Part shown: in pieces, positions 22,501-31,721 of the stretch | Position numbering within the stretch: the first letter of the stretch is position 1 | Layout of the letters: each line of letters opens with the position of its first letter | Assembly (NCBI GenBank): GCA_002633005.1 | Contig: NMRA01000520.1 | Coordinates: 85,029 to 128,468 of the forward strand | DNA length: 43,440 bases | DNA from: Phoronis australis | Lineage: Eukaryota; Animalia; Phoronida | Reading direction: 5' to 3' | Program-made: the position numbers and the translations under genes | Notes under the pieces: model-generated | What the model saw: the letters and a program-made list of their open reading frames with translations, nothing else | What the model was told of the DNA's origin: nothing | The model's database searches: none

Positions 22501-24543
22501 AAAACCTGTTGACCTGCATTTGTCCCAAAGTAGCAAATTTCCGCTTATTGATCTACAGCCACCCATTGTGAATCCTCGCTGCACAAATATTTTTCCAACC
22601 AATGCTGAATAGAGTGCAGCCTACGGCAAACTTTACTTTGTACCGGGGCAGAGCAAGTGTGTTGGAAAGAAATACACTTTTTAAGAAGTGTACTCATGTA
22701 GCTGGACGTTAGGATAAGTTAATACTCCTTCGCTATTCAAAGAATCTGGCAGACGCGACTATAACGGGAGATCACAAACATCTACGATTGGTTGATGATT
22801 GCAATTATTTGGACCTAATAATTGACAAGTCTGCGTCAAAAATTAATAGCTCAAAAGTACGCATTTTTAAAAGCTTGTAGTGCTTAAATTTTGTCGTTTT
22901 ACAAAGCTGTAGTTTACTGAATCTCGTGGTCATGTCTCCTAAACTAACATTTAGCATTAGGAAGGTGCATTGATAGTAAAACAAGGATTACAACGTTTAC
23001 AACGACATTTTTAAGTCCATTAGTGTCATGAAGTCCAGCGTGAAATCTTAAAAAACGTCATTAAAATTTTCTAAGTTATCTTTTAGTTTTTGTTGTACGA
23101 AACTTGAGCTCTGTTTTATGAAAATCGTAAAAGTCCTATTTCTGATACATGTAGCTCCCCATGCAGAAGTGGACATATCAAAAACGACTCCTAGCGGCTT
23201 TTTAGAGATTGGCGCATAAGCAAATGGTATCTGAACACTTCGTAAGTGACGTCAAAGATATGATGTTCCGAATTCATTTAGCCAAAACAGATATTGCCCT
23301 AGCCTCTGACAAAGCCTAGACATGTATGTTTGCACCTACACCGTTAGGAACTGAGTCGAAATGATGTTTAGTTTTGGTAAATGTAAATTTATCAATAAAG
23401 TGAAGCTAATGACACACGTGCAAAAGAGGTTAAAAGCCTTGGCATTTTAAGCTTATGTAAAGTATTGTCCACAAGTCTGTGAACTTATCCAAAAATGAAA
23501 TTTAACTCAGAAAAAATATATATCTTCTGAAAATAGGCATGATTTTTGACTTCATATCAATCTGCCTCTAATCATATTACCAGACCTCACCTTTTTAGCA
23601 AAGTCTATCAAAAAAGAAAGGTACACTCAAGATCAAGAACATGACGTCGAGATCTCGTATGATATAAAGGTTCGCCAAAAAACCTCAAAAACCATGTGAC
23701 AGATTTCTAAATTGTCGCTTCGTTTTCGTTTTAAGCACCTTATTTTTTCGTCAAAAAATAAAACACCTACATGTATATTTGATACCCCATAATGAAAGGT
23801 TGAGCATTTAAAAGGAGTCATGGTTATCATTCTCGTTGACCTCGATTTTTCTATAGCACTACTTAAGTTACATTTTTGGCGCCTTTTGATATAATAGTCG
23901 GTAAGTCGCGAATGGCTAAGCATTGCATACACAGTGAAGTGGGCTTAGATGAATCAAAAGAAACGATATGTACATGTAGGTTCATTTTAAGAACTAGAAA
24001 AAATATAAGCCCATCTTTTAAGATGCGTGACCTTTTTTGTCCGTCTGGGGCGTCGGTGCAGCCGGAGAATTAGGATACCCCCATTTAGAATGAGGATTCG
24101 TTAAAGTGATCCCAGTCTACCTAGATTCACAAGCAAATCGTTTTGACAGAAAATGAATTATTGAGAAAGGATACCCCTTCTTTTAGATTTTGTTCGGAAA
24201 ATGCATCTTTTATTAGTGGGAAATTGGCCACGAAAAAGCCCCTTTGCATCGATCGACAATTCCCGTATATACACACCAATCGTGCTGTTGTGCAATATTA
24301 CACTGTTGTTGTACCCTAGATGTACTCAATAACATACAACGTGTACTTGTACCTGTTGCTGTTAGTTAGATATACCTGTATTCGTGCTATTAGCTGATCG
24401 TTTTCATTGACGTCTTCGTGTATGGCCACAAGAAGTCCTTCGTATCCATTGTTCTTCAACGTGTATTGATTCCGCGCCTCAGCAAAAGACAGGTATATCA
24501 GAACTATAGCGAGGCTGCAACGAAGTGTCGGGAAACACATCAT
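3674..24543 (-). CDS. CLCA: CLCA-family protein, gene A (complete spliced CDS, 15 exons, 3273 nt, 1090 aa)
   Basis: Exons: 24376-24543, 19902-20043, 19079-19243, 17642-17753, 16267-16429, 14771-14906, 14102-14220, 12833-13057, 10380-10676, 9774-9893, 8713-8820, 7229-7499, 6851-7024, 6241-6465, 3674-4521. All junctions GT-AG with matching phases. Family motifs: signal peptide, LKNNGYEGLLVAI, FFRNITILVPSTW, HEFGHLRWGLLDEY (HEXXH), VLDVSGSM (MIDAS), IILLTDG, LDDNGAG, PPARITDL..WTAPGDD (FnIII), C-terminal TM. Confidence 0.95.
6241..6465 (-). CDS. CLCA: Gene A exon 14 (FnIII start; not in ORF track)
   Basis: Hand translation VEDLYK..AFQRVDTAGEITVSGFP..DNIPPARITDLRV..LMWTAPGDDMTRGK; 225 nt, donor GTGAGC. 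Confidence 0.93.
6549..6654. repeat. Degenerate (GT)n/(GTGC)n microsatellite
   Basis: GCGTGTGCGTGTGTGCGTGT..GAGTGTGTGTGAGTGTGTGC. Confidence 0.85.
6851..7024 (-). CDS. CLCA: Gene A exon 13
   Basis: GCDMRKQDGQYCGYF..GNGRYSVKIKV..SKDT; 174 nt, phase 1/1. Confidence 0.92.
7229..7499 (-). CDS. CLCA: Gene A exon 12
   Basis: PGKYMYKV..VTSR..VYADVSQGYKAVTGAKVEADVERPDG..LDDNGA; 271 nt, phase 0/1. Confidence 0.93.
7678..7911. mobile_element. MITE with 15-bp TIRs
   Basis: CAGTGGCAGATCTAC...GTAGATCCGCCTCTG (13/15 inverted match), G/C-run subterminal motifs, flanked by GTGGT on both sides. Confidence 0.75.
8713..8820 (-). CDS. CLCA: Gene A exon 11 (not in ORF track)
   Basis: Hand translation VQLTTPDGTVHNKDSKYYKDQQAFNLLTIHLPGVAK; acceptor TGTAG, donor GTAAGC; same length as paralog exon 34440-34547. 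Confidence 0.9.
9774..9893 (-). CDS. CLCA: Gene A exon 10
   Basis: VTSETLTITSNGVGASGTFHIDGTIGNGTYVAFSYSSAIE; 120 nt, phase 0/0. Confidence 0.9.
10380..10676 (-). CDS. CLCA: Gene A exon 9 (VWA)
   Basis: IFKAASK..GSQIILLTDGKEN..INSIAYG..LSSNTGG..AKIT; 297 nt, donor GTAAGT. Confidence 0.92.
11233..11280 (-). ncRNA. Degenerate minimal hammerhead-ribozyme-like motif (sense copy in pLTR)
   Basis: CTTCAGAAT-GGTTTAT-AGTGA-ATAAACC-GAAACGTC: 7-bp stem II followed by GAAA and palindromic ACGT-C; the CUGANGA box is not canonical. Confidence 0.5.
12250..12480 (-). pseudogene. Frameshifted GIY-YIG endonuclease fragment of the Penelope-like element
   Basis: ORF 12301..12579(-) contains VVY..FYIG.T..IRIRH; the following HSLTTGH motif is in a shifted frame; boundaries approximate. 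Confidence 0.75.
12681..12728 (+). ncRNA. Degenerate minimal hammerhead-ribozyme-like motif (inverted pLTR copy)
   Basis: CTTGGGAAT-GGTTTAT-AGTGA-ATAAACC-GAAACGTC; hairpin and GAAACGTC identical to the other copy. Confidence 0.45.
12833..13057 (-). CDS. CLCA: Gene A exon 8 (VWA)
   Basis: GEPLKKMRQATSSFIL..GGQTSIGAGIQRAIE; 225 nt, phase 0/0. Confidence 0.93.
14102..14220 (-). CDS. CLCA: Gene A exon 7 (start of VWA, MIDAS DxSxS)
   Basis: DQSVPQELLDTTPVFHIVQK..RICLVLDVSGSMN; 119 nt, donor GTAAGT. Confidence 0.93.
14771..14906 (-). CDS. CLCA: Gene A exon 6
   Basis: IDDFCESN..HNSEVPNMHNTFCEGQSAWDVMKKHEDFKG; 136 nt, phase 0/1. Confidence 0.93.
16267..16429 (-). CDS. CLCA: Gene A exon 5 (Cys-rich domain)
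   Basis: CAENLRG..C..TTGLPEDDCRFFPD..ASIMYVQYPDG; 163 nt, phase 2/0. Confidence 0.92.
16766..16833. repeat. 35-bp tandem duplication
   Basis: GTGGTGCTTAATCAACAAAACCCTAGTACGGAA / GTAGTGCTTCATCAATAAATTCCTAGTACGGAA. Confidence 0.8.
17642..17753 (-). CDS. CLCA: Gene A exon 4 (zinc metalloprotease HEXXH)
   Basis: GKLIVHEFGHLRWGLLDEYPTDGYGHFYKSDGVVLPSR; 112 nt, phase 1/2. Confidence 0.95.
18800..19045. repeat. Degenerate (GAY)n trinucleotide low-complexity tract
   Basis: GACGACGACGACGAC..GATGATGATAAT..GACCACGATGAC. Confidence 0.8.
19079..19243 (-). CDS. CLCA: Gene A exon 3
   Basis: ANIVIDKG..NPYVKRSRDCGEEGEFMHLTPTYVL..YWGPY; acceptor TTTTAG, donor GTACGT, phase 1/1. Confidence 0.92.
19624..19844 (+). 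mobile_element. Dispersed CATG-ended MITE family, full-length copy
   Basis: Ends CATGCACTCACCCAG...GGCTGAGTGTGCGCATG; internal sequence shared with 1841-2068 (same strand) and 39432-39686 (opposite strand). Confidence 0.7.
19902..20043 (-). CDS. CLCA: Gene A exon 2
   Basis: EIFTESSKTLFRATKNRIFFRNITILVPSTWQKKPEYKKAKQESFDT; acceptor TTACAG, donor GTTTGT, phase 0/1. Confidence 0.92.
21719..22062. mobile_element. MITE with ~85-bp TIRs
   Basis: 21719-21803 is the imperfect reverse complement of 21977-22062, including a perfect core AGTTTGAGTCTAATACTGGAAT / ATTCCAGTATTAGACTCAAACT. Confidence 0.8.
24376..24543 (-). CDS. CLCA: Gene A exon 1 (signal peptide, CLCA N-terminus)
   Basis: MMCFPTLRCSLAIVLIYLSFAEARNQYTLKNNGYEGLLVAIHEDVNENDQLIARIQ; donor CAG|GTATA; start could be either of two adjacent ATGs. 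Confidence 0.9.
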
Positions 24544-24926
24544 CTTTTCCAGAAGATTTAAGCTTGAGTTACAGAAAAACAGCACGCGACTTTATTAAAA
24601 TTATTATAGATGAACCACTGAACCATTACTCTGCAAAACGGGTTGATCTTAGTCATATCCTTCGAGAGTGGTCATTACGTTTGGTGTCGTTTCATCATGT
24701 ACAGCATCCAATCTTCACTTGACAACCAAATGTTTACTCACTGACGGGCAAGTGTGTGAAGAGTCTTTCTCTTTATGTCGTGATCGTTTATGACCATAAA
24801 TTCAAAACCAACAACTTCATACTCCGAACACAAATGTTTGCTTCACAAACACACCTCAGTCCGTATGTCGTTCCTTGATCCTGATTTGTTTAACTTGTAA
24901 CCCATCGCACACGTCACAGAAGACGA

Positions 24927-24962
24927 CACTGACCATAGCCAAGGAACGTACCTTTCTTTATA
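24927..24962 (-). promoter_or_regulatory. Candidate core promoter of gene A (TATA + Inr)
   Basis: Minus strand TATAAAG (24962-24956) lies 32 nt upstream of the A of TCAGTG (24930), about 390 nt upstream of the ATG. Confidence 0.45.
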
Positions 24963-27287
24963 AAAGGGCTCTGTTTATTCAGGCGAAATGCCTGCGTCCT
25001 TGTTTAGTGTGTGCTCCAGACAATGGTACCTGCTGTCAAAATACATTATTACGGTATCCATTGGACCACTGGTAATTGCACAATTACACGCAGTAACACA
25101 AAGATTACACTGTTGGCGTTATGTAACAAATATCGAATGCATTTTCAATAGACTTGTGTTGGGTCAGCAGAACGTTCTTTACATGTACATGCACGTCATT
25201 GAAACGAATTGACAAAGTGACGCAGCAGCCGCATTTCTAAGGCAAGCAGTTAATTGGGCTTTTGCCCGTTTTCCTTTCGTAAAACATACATACAATGTAC
25301 GCTTACGACGTCCAATATGCTGAAATACGTATTTGGAAAACTCGCTTTTATCGTATTTGATTTTTGTCAAGAGCTTTTGTTAAGTCCTCCAAGAATGAAT
25401 TTGCGTGGTGCTTTGAAAATGTTCAGCATTTAGAAGAATTACCTTTGATGATTGGTTTTCTGTCAAAACGAACATAAACGAGAATTGATATGTCCTTGTG
25501 TCAAAAGCAATTCTCTTCACTTTGAGGGTTGCATGTACGTGTACTGTATAAGATCTTCTTCAGCAGCGCCCTCTGTTTGGCTTGGATAAAATGCCTAGAG
25601 TACCCGAGCCGGATTTACAATGTCATGCGTAGAATACAACTGAAAGTTGTTCACTGCAACAAGCAAAGAGCCCTATCAATTGCTATTTTCTCTTTAGCCA
25701 AGAAGTCACTATTATTCCGAGTATGGAATAGTACAGTGGCACAGATTCTGTAAACTTGAGTGGCCAACATTAAAAAATGTTGACAGAAGACAAGATACAC
25801 ATTTCACGACACGTTTCCATTGTTTTCTCAAATATAGAGAATGCGCAGAAATTCAACCGATTGATTTTGCATTAGAAAACCCGACCATCCTTGCACATCC
25901 CGAAACGGTGGAATTTTGGAATATGTCAGCCAAATGGCACGTACAGTAATATTTGATCGTCTTCTCGGTAAGCTCGGATCCTACCTATTTACTCGGGTCT
26001 ATGCTATACTGGATGTCCTGGCACTTGAATTGGAACTGTGAAGTGATTTCTATATTTACGATCAGCGCAGAATATGGCCGTCATGTCAAATTCTGTTTCG
26101 TCAAAATTCTCCACGAGTAACAACGTTTTGGTCTACTATAATCACCAATGACGGTTCGTATAGAGCACATGGCCTAAAATAACACGCAAGAAGGTAATCA
26201 GTGTAAAATATTTCACATCGGCAATTATTGTTGTGCATTTGTGTAAGGGAATATTACCGTACAATTCTTCAACGGGCCGCTGTGGTTTCGATGACCAGTA
26301 TCCCATAATGCATTGTGCAGCCTGTGACAAAGGTGATGGCTGTTTTCTTTAAATCCTTGCACATCGATAAGGGATCGCGGAACATTTCTGTGGTTTTCAG
26401 AAGGCGTCCATAGCAAAAGTACGCACTCGGAGATTGCCACTGCACATCATTGAATCATTACATTCGCTACCTTGACCCTTTACATTTTGTACATTATTTC
26501 CTTCAATATCTTGGCGGCTTTTGGTATAAAATATAAGGTCACTTGAAGCAGCATTCGGTTATTTGGTAATTGGAACAAAGATCACAATTTGCTTCCAGTA
26601 CATGTAAGGCTCACACATTCGATTCATTTTGAATTTTAGCATCGTTATTTGACAAACTCGGATGCAGCATAATCCTCGTTTCGGAATGCACATACGCTTT
26701 ACTAGCTTACATGTACGTGTATACACTGTACATGTACATGTACCAGCTCAATGTACATGATTTTTAAAGGTATTAATAATCGGCAGCAGAATAAACAAAA
26801 ACACGTTTATAAATTAATCTCAAGTTAACTGTTAGCCCAATCCCAGAATATATAGGAGTCACTGACCAATAACCGTTCGATTTTTTCCGATTTTCTCTCG
26901 CTGACATTAGGGCTGCGAATGTCTTCAGTTCTTTTTCTCGGAAACACCAATCCTGCATACATGTATATGTTCATGCATGTATAGTAGTCGGCCAGAACCT
27001 ATCCGTATGTCGGCAGCTATACCGGAAGCGAAAGTCTCCCACTGTAGTCTCTGAAGTGGTGGGCCTACTGGGTAAATCAAATGACTGACCTTGTTAACGT
27101 GACCACTGTGGAGGCCAACAATAAAAATACAGCGATATGGGCAACAAAAGTGGACTCCGGCAATATTGAACGTCGTCTAGCTGGGTTAGTTGCGATGACC
27201 CAAGGAGCTCGCAGAAACACGAGATCATGCACTCAAGTCCTGGTTAAATATTGCCATGCATCGAAGCAATTGATCTGCTTTATTTAC

Positions 27288-27388
27288 AAGTCTCTTGTCT
27301 CTGTACATTGTACATGTACTAGGTGACACACTGTCAGCCTAAAGTGTCTTGTCTTTATATTTGTACTAGGTGACACACTATCAGCCAA
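27288..27388. repeat. ~50-bp tandem duplication
   Basis: AAGT.TCTTGTCT..TTGTA[CATGTA]CTAGGTGACACACT.TCAGCC twice; copy 1 has 6 extra bases CATGTA. Confidence 0.85.
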
Positions 27389-27404
27389 AAACTAATTCCC
27401 ACAC

Positions 27405-28302
27405 TGTCAGACGATTGACTGTGGCCGGGTTTGTTTAAAAGGTAGCTATGCTTTGAGATTACGGTGCGTAGATGGAGGGTGAATAATCAAATCCAGTAAT
27501 TAATTTATAATACGATAACCCCTGATTATACAAATGAAACCTATTGTTAATTAAGTAATCAACTATAAAGTGTAACTACGCTAGCGCCCTCTTTAAACAT
27601 TACTTTAGTCAAACAACCAAAACGATCAAATGTCTTATCTGCTATCCAAGCTAGTACTCTCCACTTGTTGGATGTCTATCCTGTTGGTGAATCCTCGAAC
27701 TACACACACTGTATAGCGACAGTGTACTTGCTGGTCACCGTCTCTGGTGATGCAACACTTGCAGGCAATTTGTTCTACCCGCGATTCTTCTTGCTGATCA
27801 CAGTCTCTGGCTGATGACGCAACACTTCAGGTAGTACCTTACTACCCACAATGCAAGTGACAAGCTCTTAGTTATATTCCTGTTCGTTAACCCTTGCCCT
27901 TGCCAAGATCCTTTCTAGAATCTTCCACGAGATGGCTCTGTTGTACAATTTCCTCTGTGACACTATAGCAACTGCTTCAACTACTATAGCTCATCTAATT
28001 ATCTTGTTGATTTCAGCACTTAATATAACATACTACTTATTTAGTGATAGGCTAATAAAAACCACATGATCATATCCAATCATATTATTGGCTGTTACAA
28101 TTTGTTCTCAAAATTTTCTAGAATCTCTAGAGTACTTTGACCCCAGAACTCAAAGTTGTAAACACCATCTAAAAATAGATTTTGATGTTAAAGTACATGT
28201 CAACAAGTCTGACCCCATGATTTAAAAGTACATATGCAAAATTTTGGGCAACTTAAAATGGATCTATTCTTACTAATTACTTAATCAATATTTATTCTGA
28301 CA
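27405..28302. mobile_element. Probable solo LTR (898 bp)
   Basis: Ends TGTCAGA...TCTGACA (TG..CA, 7-bp inverted), flanked by direct repeat CACAC at 27400-27404 and 28303-28307; no ORF of 60 aa or more inside. Confidence 0.65.
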
Positions 28303-28508
28303 CACACATTTGTTTCTTTAGAATTGGCGAATGTCACTATTCGTAGATGTTACACATGACATTTGTTCAGTATTTCAGTAATTAAAAAATTGTTAAGTGG
28401 TATTTTGACCGGTTTTTGCAATTATGTCAGTTCTTACAAACAAGCTGACACTTCCTGGCAACAGTGCAAAGATTAGCTGCAAAGTCAAAAACCCGATAAA
28501 TATTTTAA

Positions 28509-30287
28509 AGGAGAATGCCACTTTACGACAATTGTGGAAACTTTTCGTCTGCGTGGGTGTCTCAGTTGCAATGCCAAAAAATGCTCTTACACATGTTTAT
28601 TGAGACTGTGCTAACAGGTGTAATATGCGACATTCACATATGTTTGAAAAGTATAATTTGAGTTTAACTGGACAAGTGTCTTATAGGTCATGACAAGTAA
28701 ATTTCATTTCTACTTATCGGACTAGACAAGTTAAAATAAAACTTAAAGGAGAATGCCCCTCGATTTAATTACTGTAGTGTTTTTTGCCGTCTTAATCGGT
28801 CTATTCACTTCGCCTCGCATACGGTCGACCTTACCTTGCCAAGAGGTGTCGCGTTAACCTGTGAGGAAGGTGAAAAAAGACGGTAGCGACGTCAGTGGTT
28901 CATATGCAGAGTGAATGCCGCTATGTTGCGGTGCATCGTTCCCGCTTGTCCGAACTGAGCAGCTGCGAGGAAAGCGGGTATATCGTTCCTCGAGAGCCCG
29001 GAATGCTTAGGAAGTGGCTCATGGTAACGAATAATGAATTGTACGCTGTAAATAGCATGAGACCATGAAACATCTCCCTGTCTGTGGCCTGCAGACGTCG
29101 GTCGACAGTGCCTGACGAATGCCGGCTTACCAAAGAACTCCATACGTTCCGTTGTCTGAGCTTGTCCATAACGCCTCTCTAGTATTTCTTTATCACTGTA
29201 CATGTATTCCTGTTCAAATTGATAGCCTGTAAAACTTAACGATCCACCTGGGAGTTGCCATGTTGGCGTTTATTACTGAGCGTTCTGTTTCAAAATGAAT
29301 TATTCTCACCCTAACCAATATCATCTCCGTTTTCCTGCTAATACTTATATAAAACTGAAACAAAGTCTGTCTCATTCGATGCAATTTGTAATGCCTTTGG
29401 AGTGTTCGTGTGTGCAAATTATTTTAGAAGCCAGCAATGAATAAGTCACTGCGTTACCGGCTTTAGGTGCAACAAAACTAATTGACGGGACACCAAGGCC
29501 GTGTGAGCTCTTGCCAATTTAGTGTTTGCTGGCCGAAACTGTTGTGAAACAACTCGATTTTCATCCCACGGCCAGGTGTTAGGGTAATCTTTATTTACAT
29601 TTACATTACTCAAACAACGATTGTCAATGCACAACTTCTGCCCTGACGGTGCTGTGGCGAAAGCGGAACCTGAATTCGCGGCCCCCGACCGATCGACGAG
29701 TAAGTAGATTTGCAGTTTCGTGGCTAATTCACCAACATAATCACGTGCGCTTTACTTTGGCTCACTAGTATAGTATTTTCTTGACTCGAAGTTTAGTTTC
29801 CACTGAAGTTTGGCTGGTTTATGTTCGTGATGCCTGATCAGTTTCCGAGCCACCGTGACTGGCCGGGATAACGAGTCAATCCGGAAGGCCGCGACGGGCA
29901 TGATCGGGCTCCGAGCCACTGGCCAGGATAACAAGCGTTTTGTGTTTAGAACTAAAAAAATTGCAAGTCTAAACAACACAGATCTACGTTCTCCTGTCTG
30001 TATCTCACGGAAAATACTTCGAAATTATCTCCGAACAGACTCCAAACTCCTGCTACGGACCTTATTGGTCTGCCGAACTTTGTAGGCTACGTTGTGTCCA
30101 AATAAAAGTAAACCCATAGGAGCGAAATAAAACAACACGTTTTTATAAGAACTCGGTGTATTTTTAAGGGTTTTACATCGAATTTGATGATTTATTGGTG
30201 TTTAACGATGACTTCAAGCGATAAGCTGATACCAGTAACCCGTGTTGTGAACTGACGAACAGACTGTTTTTGGGGTGGCATGCTCCT
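28509..30287. mobile_element. Kolobok-type non-autonomous DNA transposon (TTAA TSD)
   Basis: TTAA-AGGAGAATGCCAC (28505-28521) and GTGGCATGCTCCT-TTAA (30275-30291), 12/13 inverted match; a second left end TTAA-AGGAGAATGCC at 28743-28757. Confidence 0.65.
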
Positions 30288-31263
30288 TTAATGTCGAGCC
30301 CTGGATATTTATGTTCGTTTCCACACGATATATCCCCATTTCCCAAGTTCCATTTCGTGGCTACGACTAACCAACAAAACGCGGTAGCTGGGTGTCTCTG
30401 ATGGTGAAGCGAGATGGCTTACAGGATTTCTCTCAATTAAAAATATTTACAGTTATGTGACATCATAACACCCCGTTATTTGCAGGACGACCGAAACGAT
30501 GTGTTGTATAGCAGGTCTGTAGATGCAGTCATTCCGCGCCTGTTGACATATCGCGACATCTGCTGTTCCGAGTGCGAATGTAAGCAGAATTGACTAGATA
30601 ACGGGTATCCGTCGACTTCTAGGTAAAAGTCCATATGCTATGTAACAAAGAAGTTTCAGCACTTAAAGACGCAAATGAAATAGGAAGTCAACTTAAGTAC
30701 GCAATAGAACTATTTGTAGTGTGAAGTAAATCATTGAATTTTAAAAGCAAAAAGTATCATGGAATGCAATTCGAAATAAACAGTGCTTTGAATATACCAT
30801 ATGCAAACCGAAATTGTACATGTGCATGAAGATATAAAGCCAAATACACTTTTCATAGACACAGTGCTAAATATGGGAATGCAATTGGGAAAATTGGCAT
30901 TAACAAGGGACTGGACCCTCTTTCACTTCCCAAATACAAGGCACTTCGAACACCATTTGCCATTTGTCTCACTTGTCTGATTAGAAACATCCAGTGCTAT
31001 ACATGTATGCATTGCTAGGTAAATTTTACAGATAAAAAGTTCAGGGCCACCAAACACTTTCTGGAATAAAATTTACCAAGGAAGCAAAAGAAAACTATTT
31101 CGCTCATTATATCAGTCTTATGCATGCATATGTTTTAACACGGGAACAGTTTGTAGAAAAGCCGGACTAACGGTAGATTTCTCTTCAGTAATATGAATAT
31201 TTTTAAGAGTACAAAAACACATTCCTTCCATCGCGTTCAACTAATTAAAGGACTTCTCTAGAT

Positions 31264-31721
31264 TTAAACTAATGGTAATTCTCTACGTGATGCATGCTGA
31301 GAGGGATTCGTTCTTCCTGACGGCTTACACTTGTACACCGCTACTGCTACAGATACAACTAAAGCTATAACCACAGCTGACGTCACGCCAACAGCAATTG
31401 CAATTGTGTTGTCTTCGTCCGAGGGTGGTGCTGGTGACGATTCGGCGATTCTCCGTAATGGTGGTGCATAGGACGTTACAACGATATTTGAAAGTTCACC
31501 AAAGTTTGCACCTTCATCGGACGCCCTCACGCTCATGTAATAGCTGGCATTTTTGTCAAGGATTGGAATTTTGTAGACGAATTCTTCTATCTGTCCTGGT
31601 GTCAGAGGTTGAGACACGTTTCCGGAAAGTAACATGTCTTGTGTTACCAGTTGATCCGTCGTAAATGTACCATTTTGAAGTAAAGTGTTGTTCTGAGTCA
31701 TTCGAACTTCGTAGCTTGCAG
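31264..31721 (-). CDS. CLCA: Gene B last exon (FnIII end, TM helix, 22-aa tail, stop)
   Basis: AASYEVRM..YYMSVRASDEGANFGELSNIV..IAIAVGVTSAVVIALVVSVAVAVY-KCKP..ELPLV*. Confidence 0.92.

Noticed and set aside
31264-31281. Gene B C-terminal ELPLV as a PDZ ligand
   Set aside because: Pro at -2 fits class I/II motifs poorly; too weak to claim.
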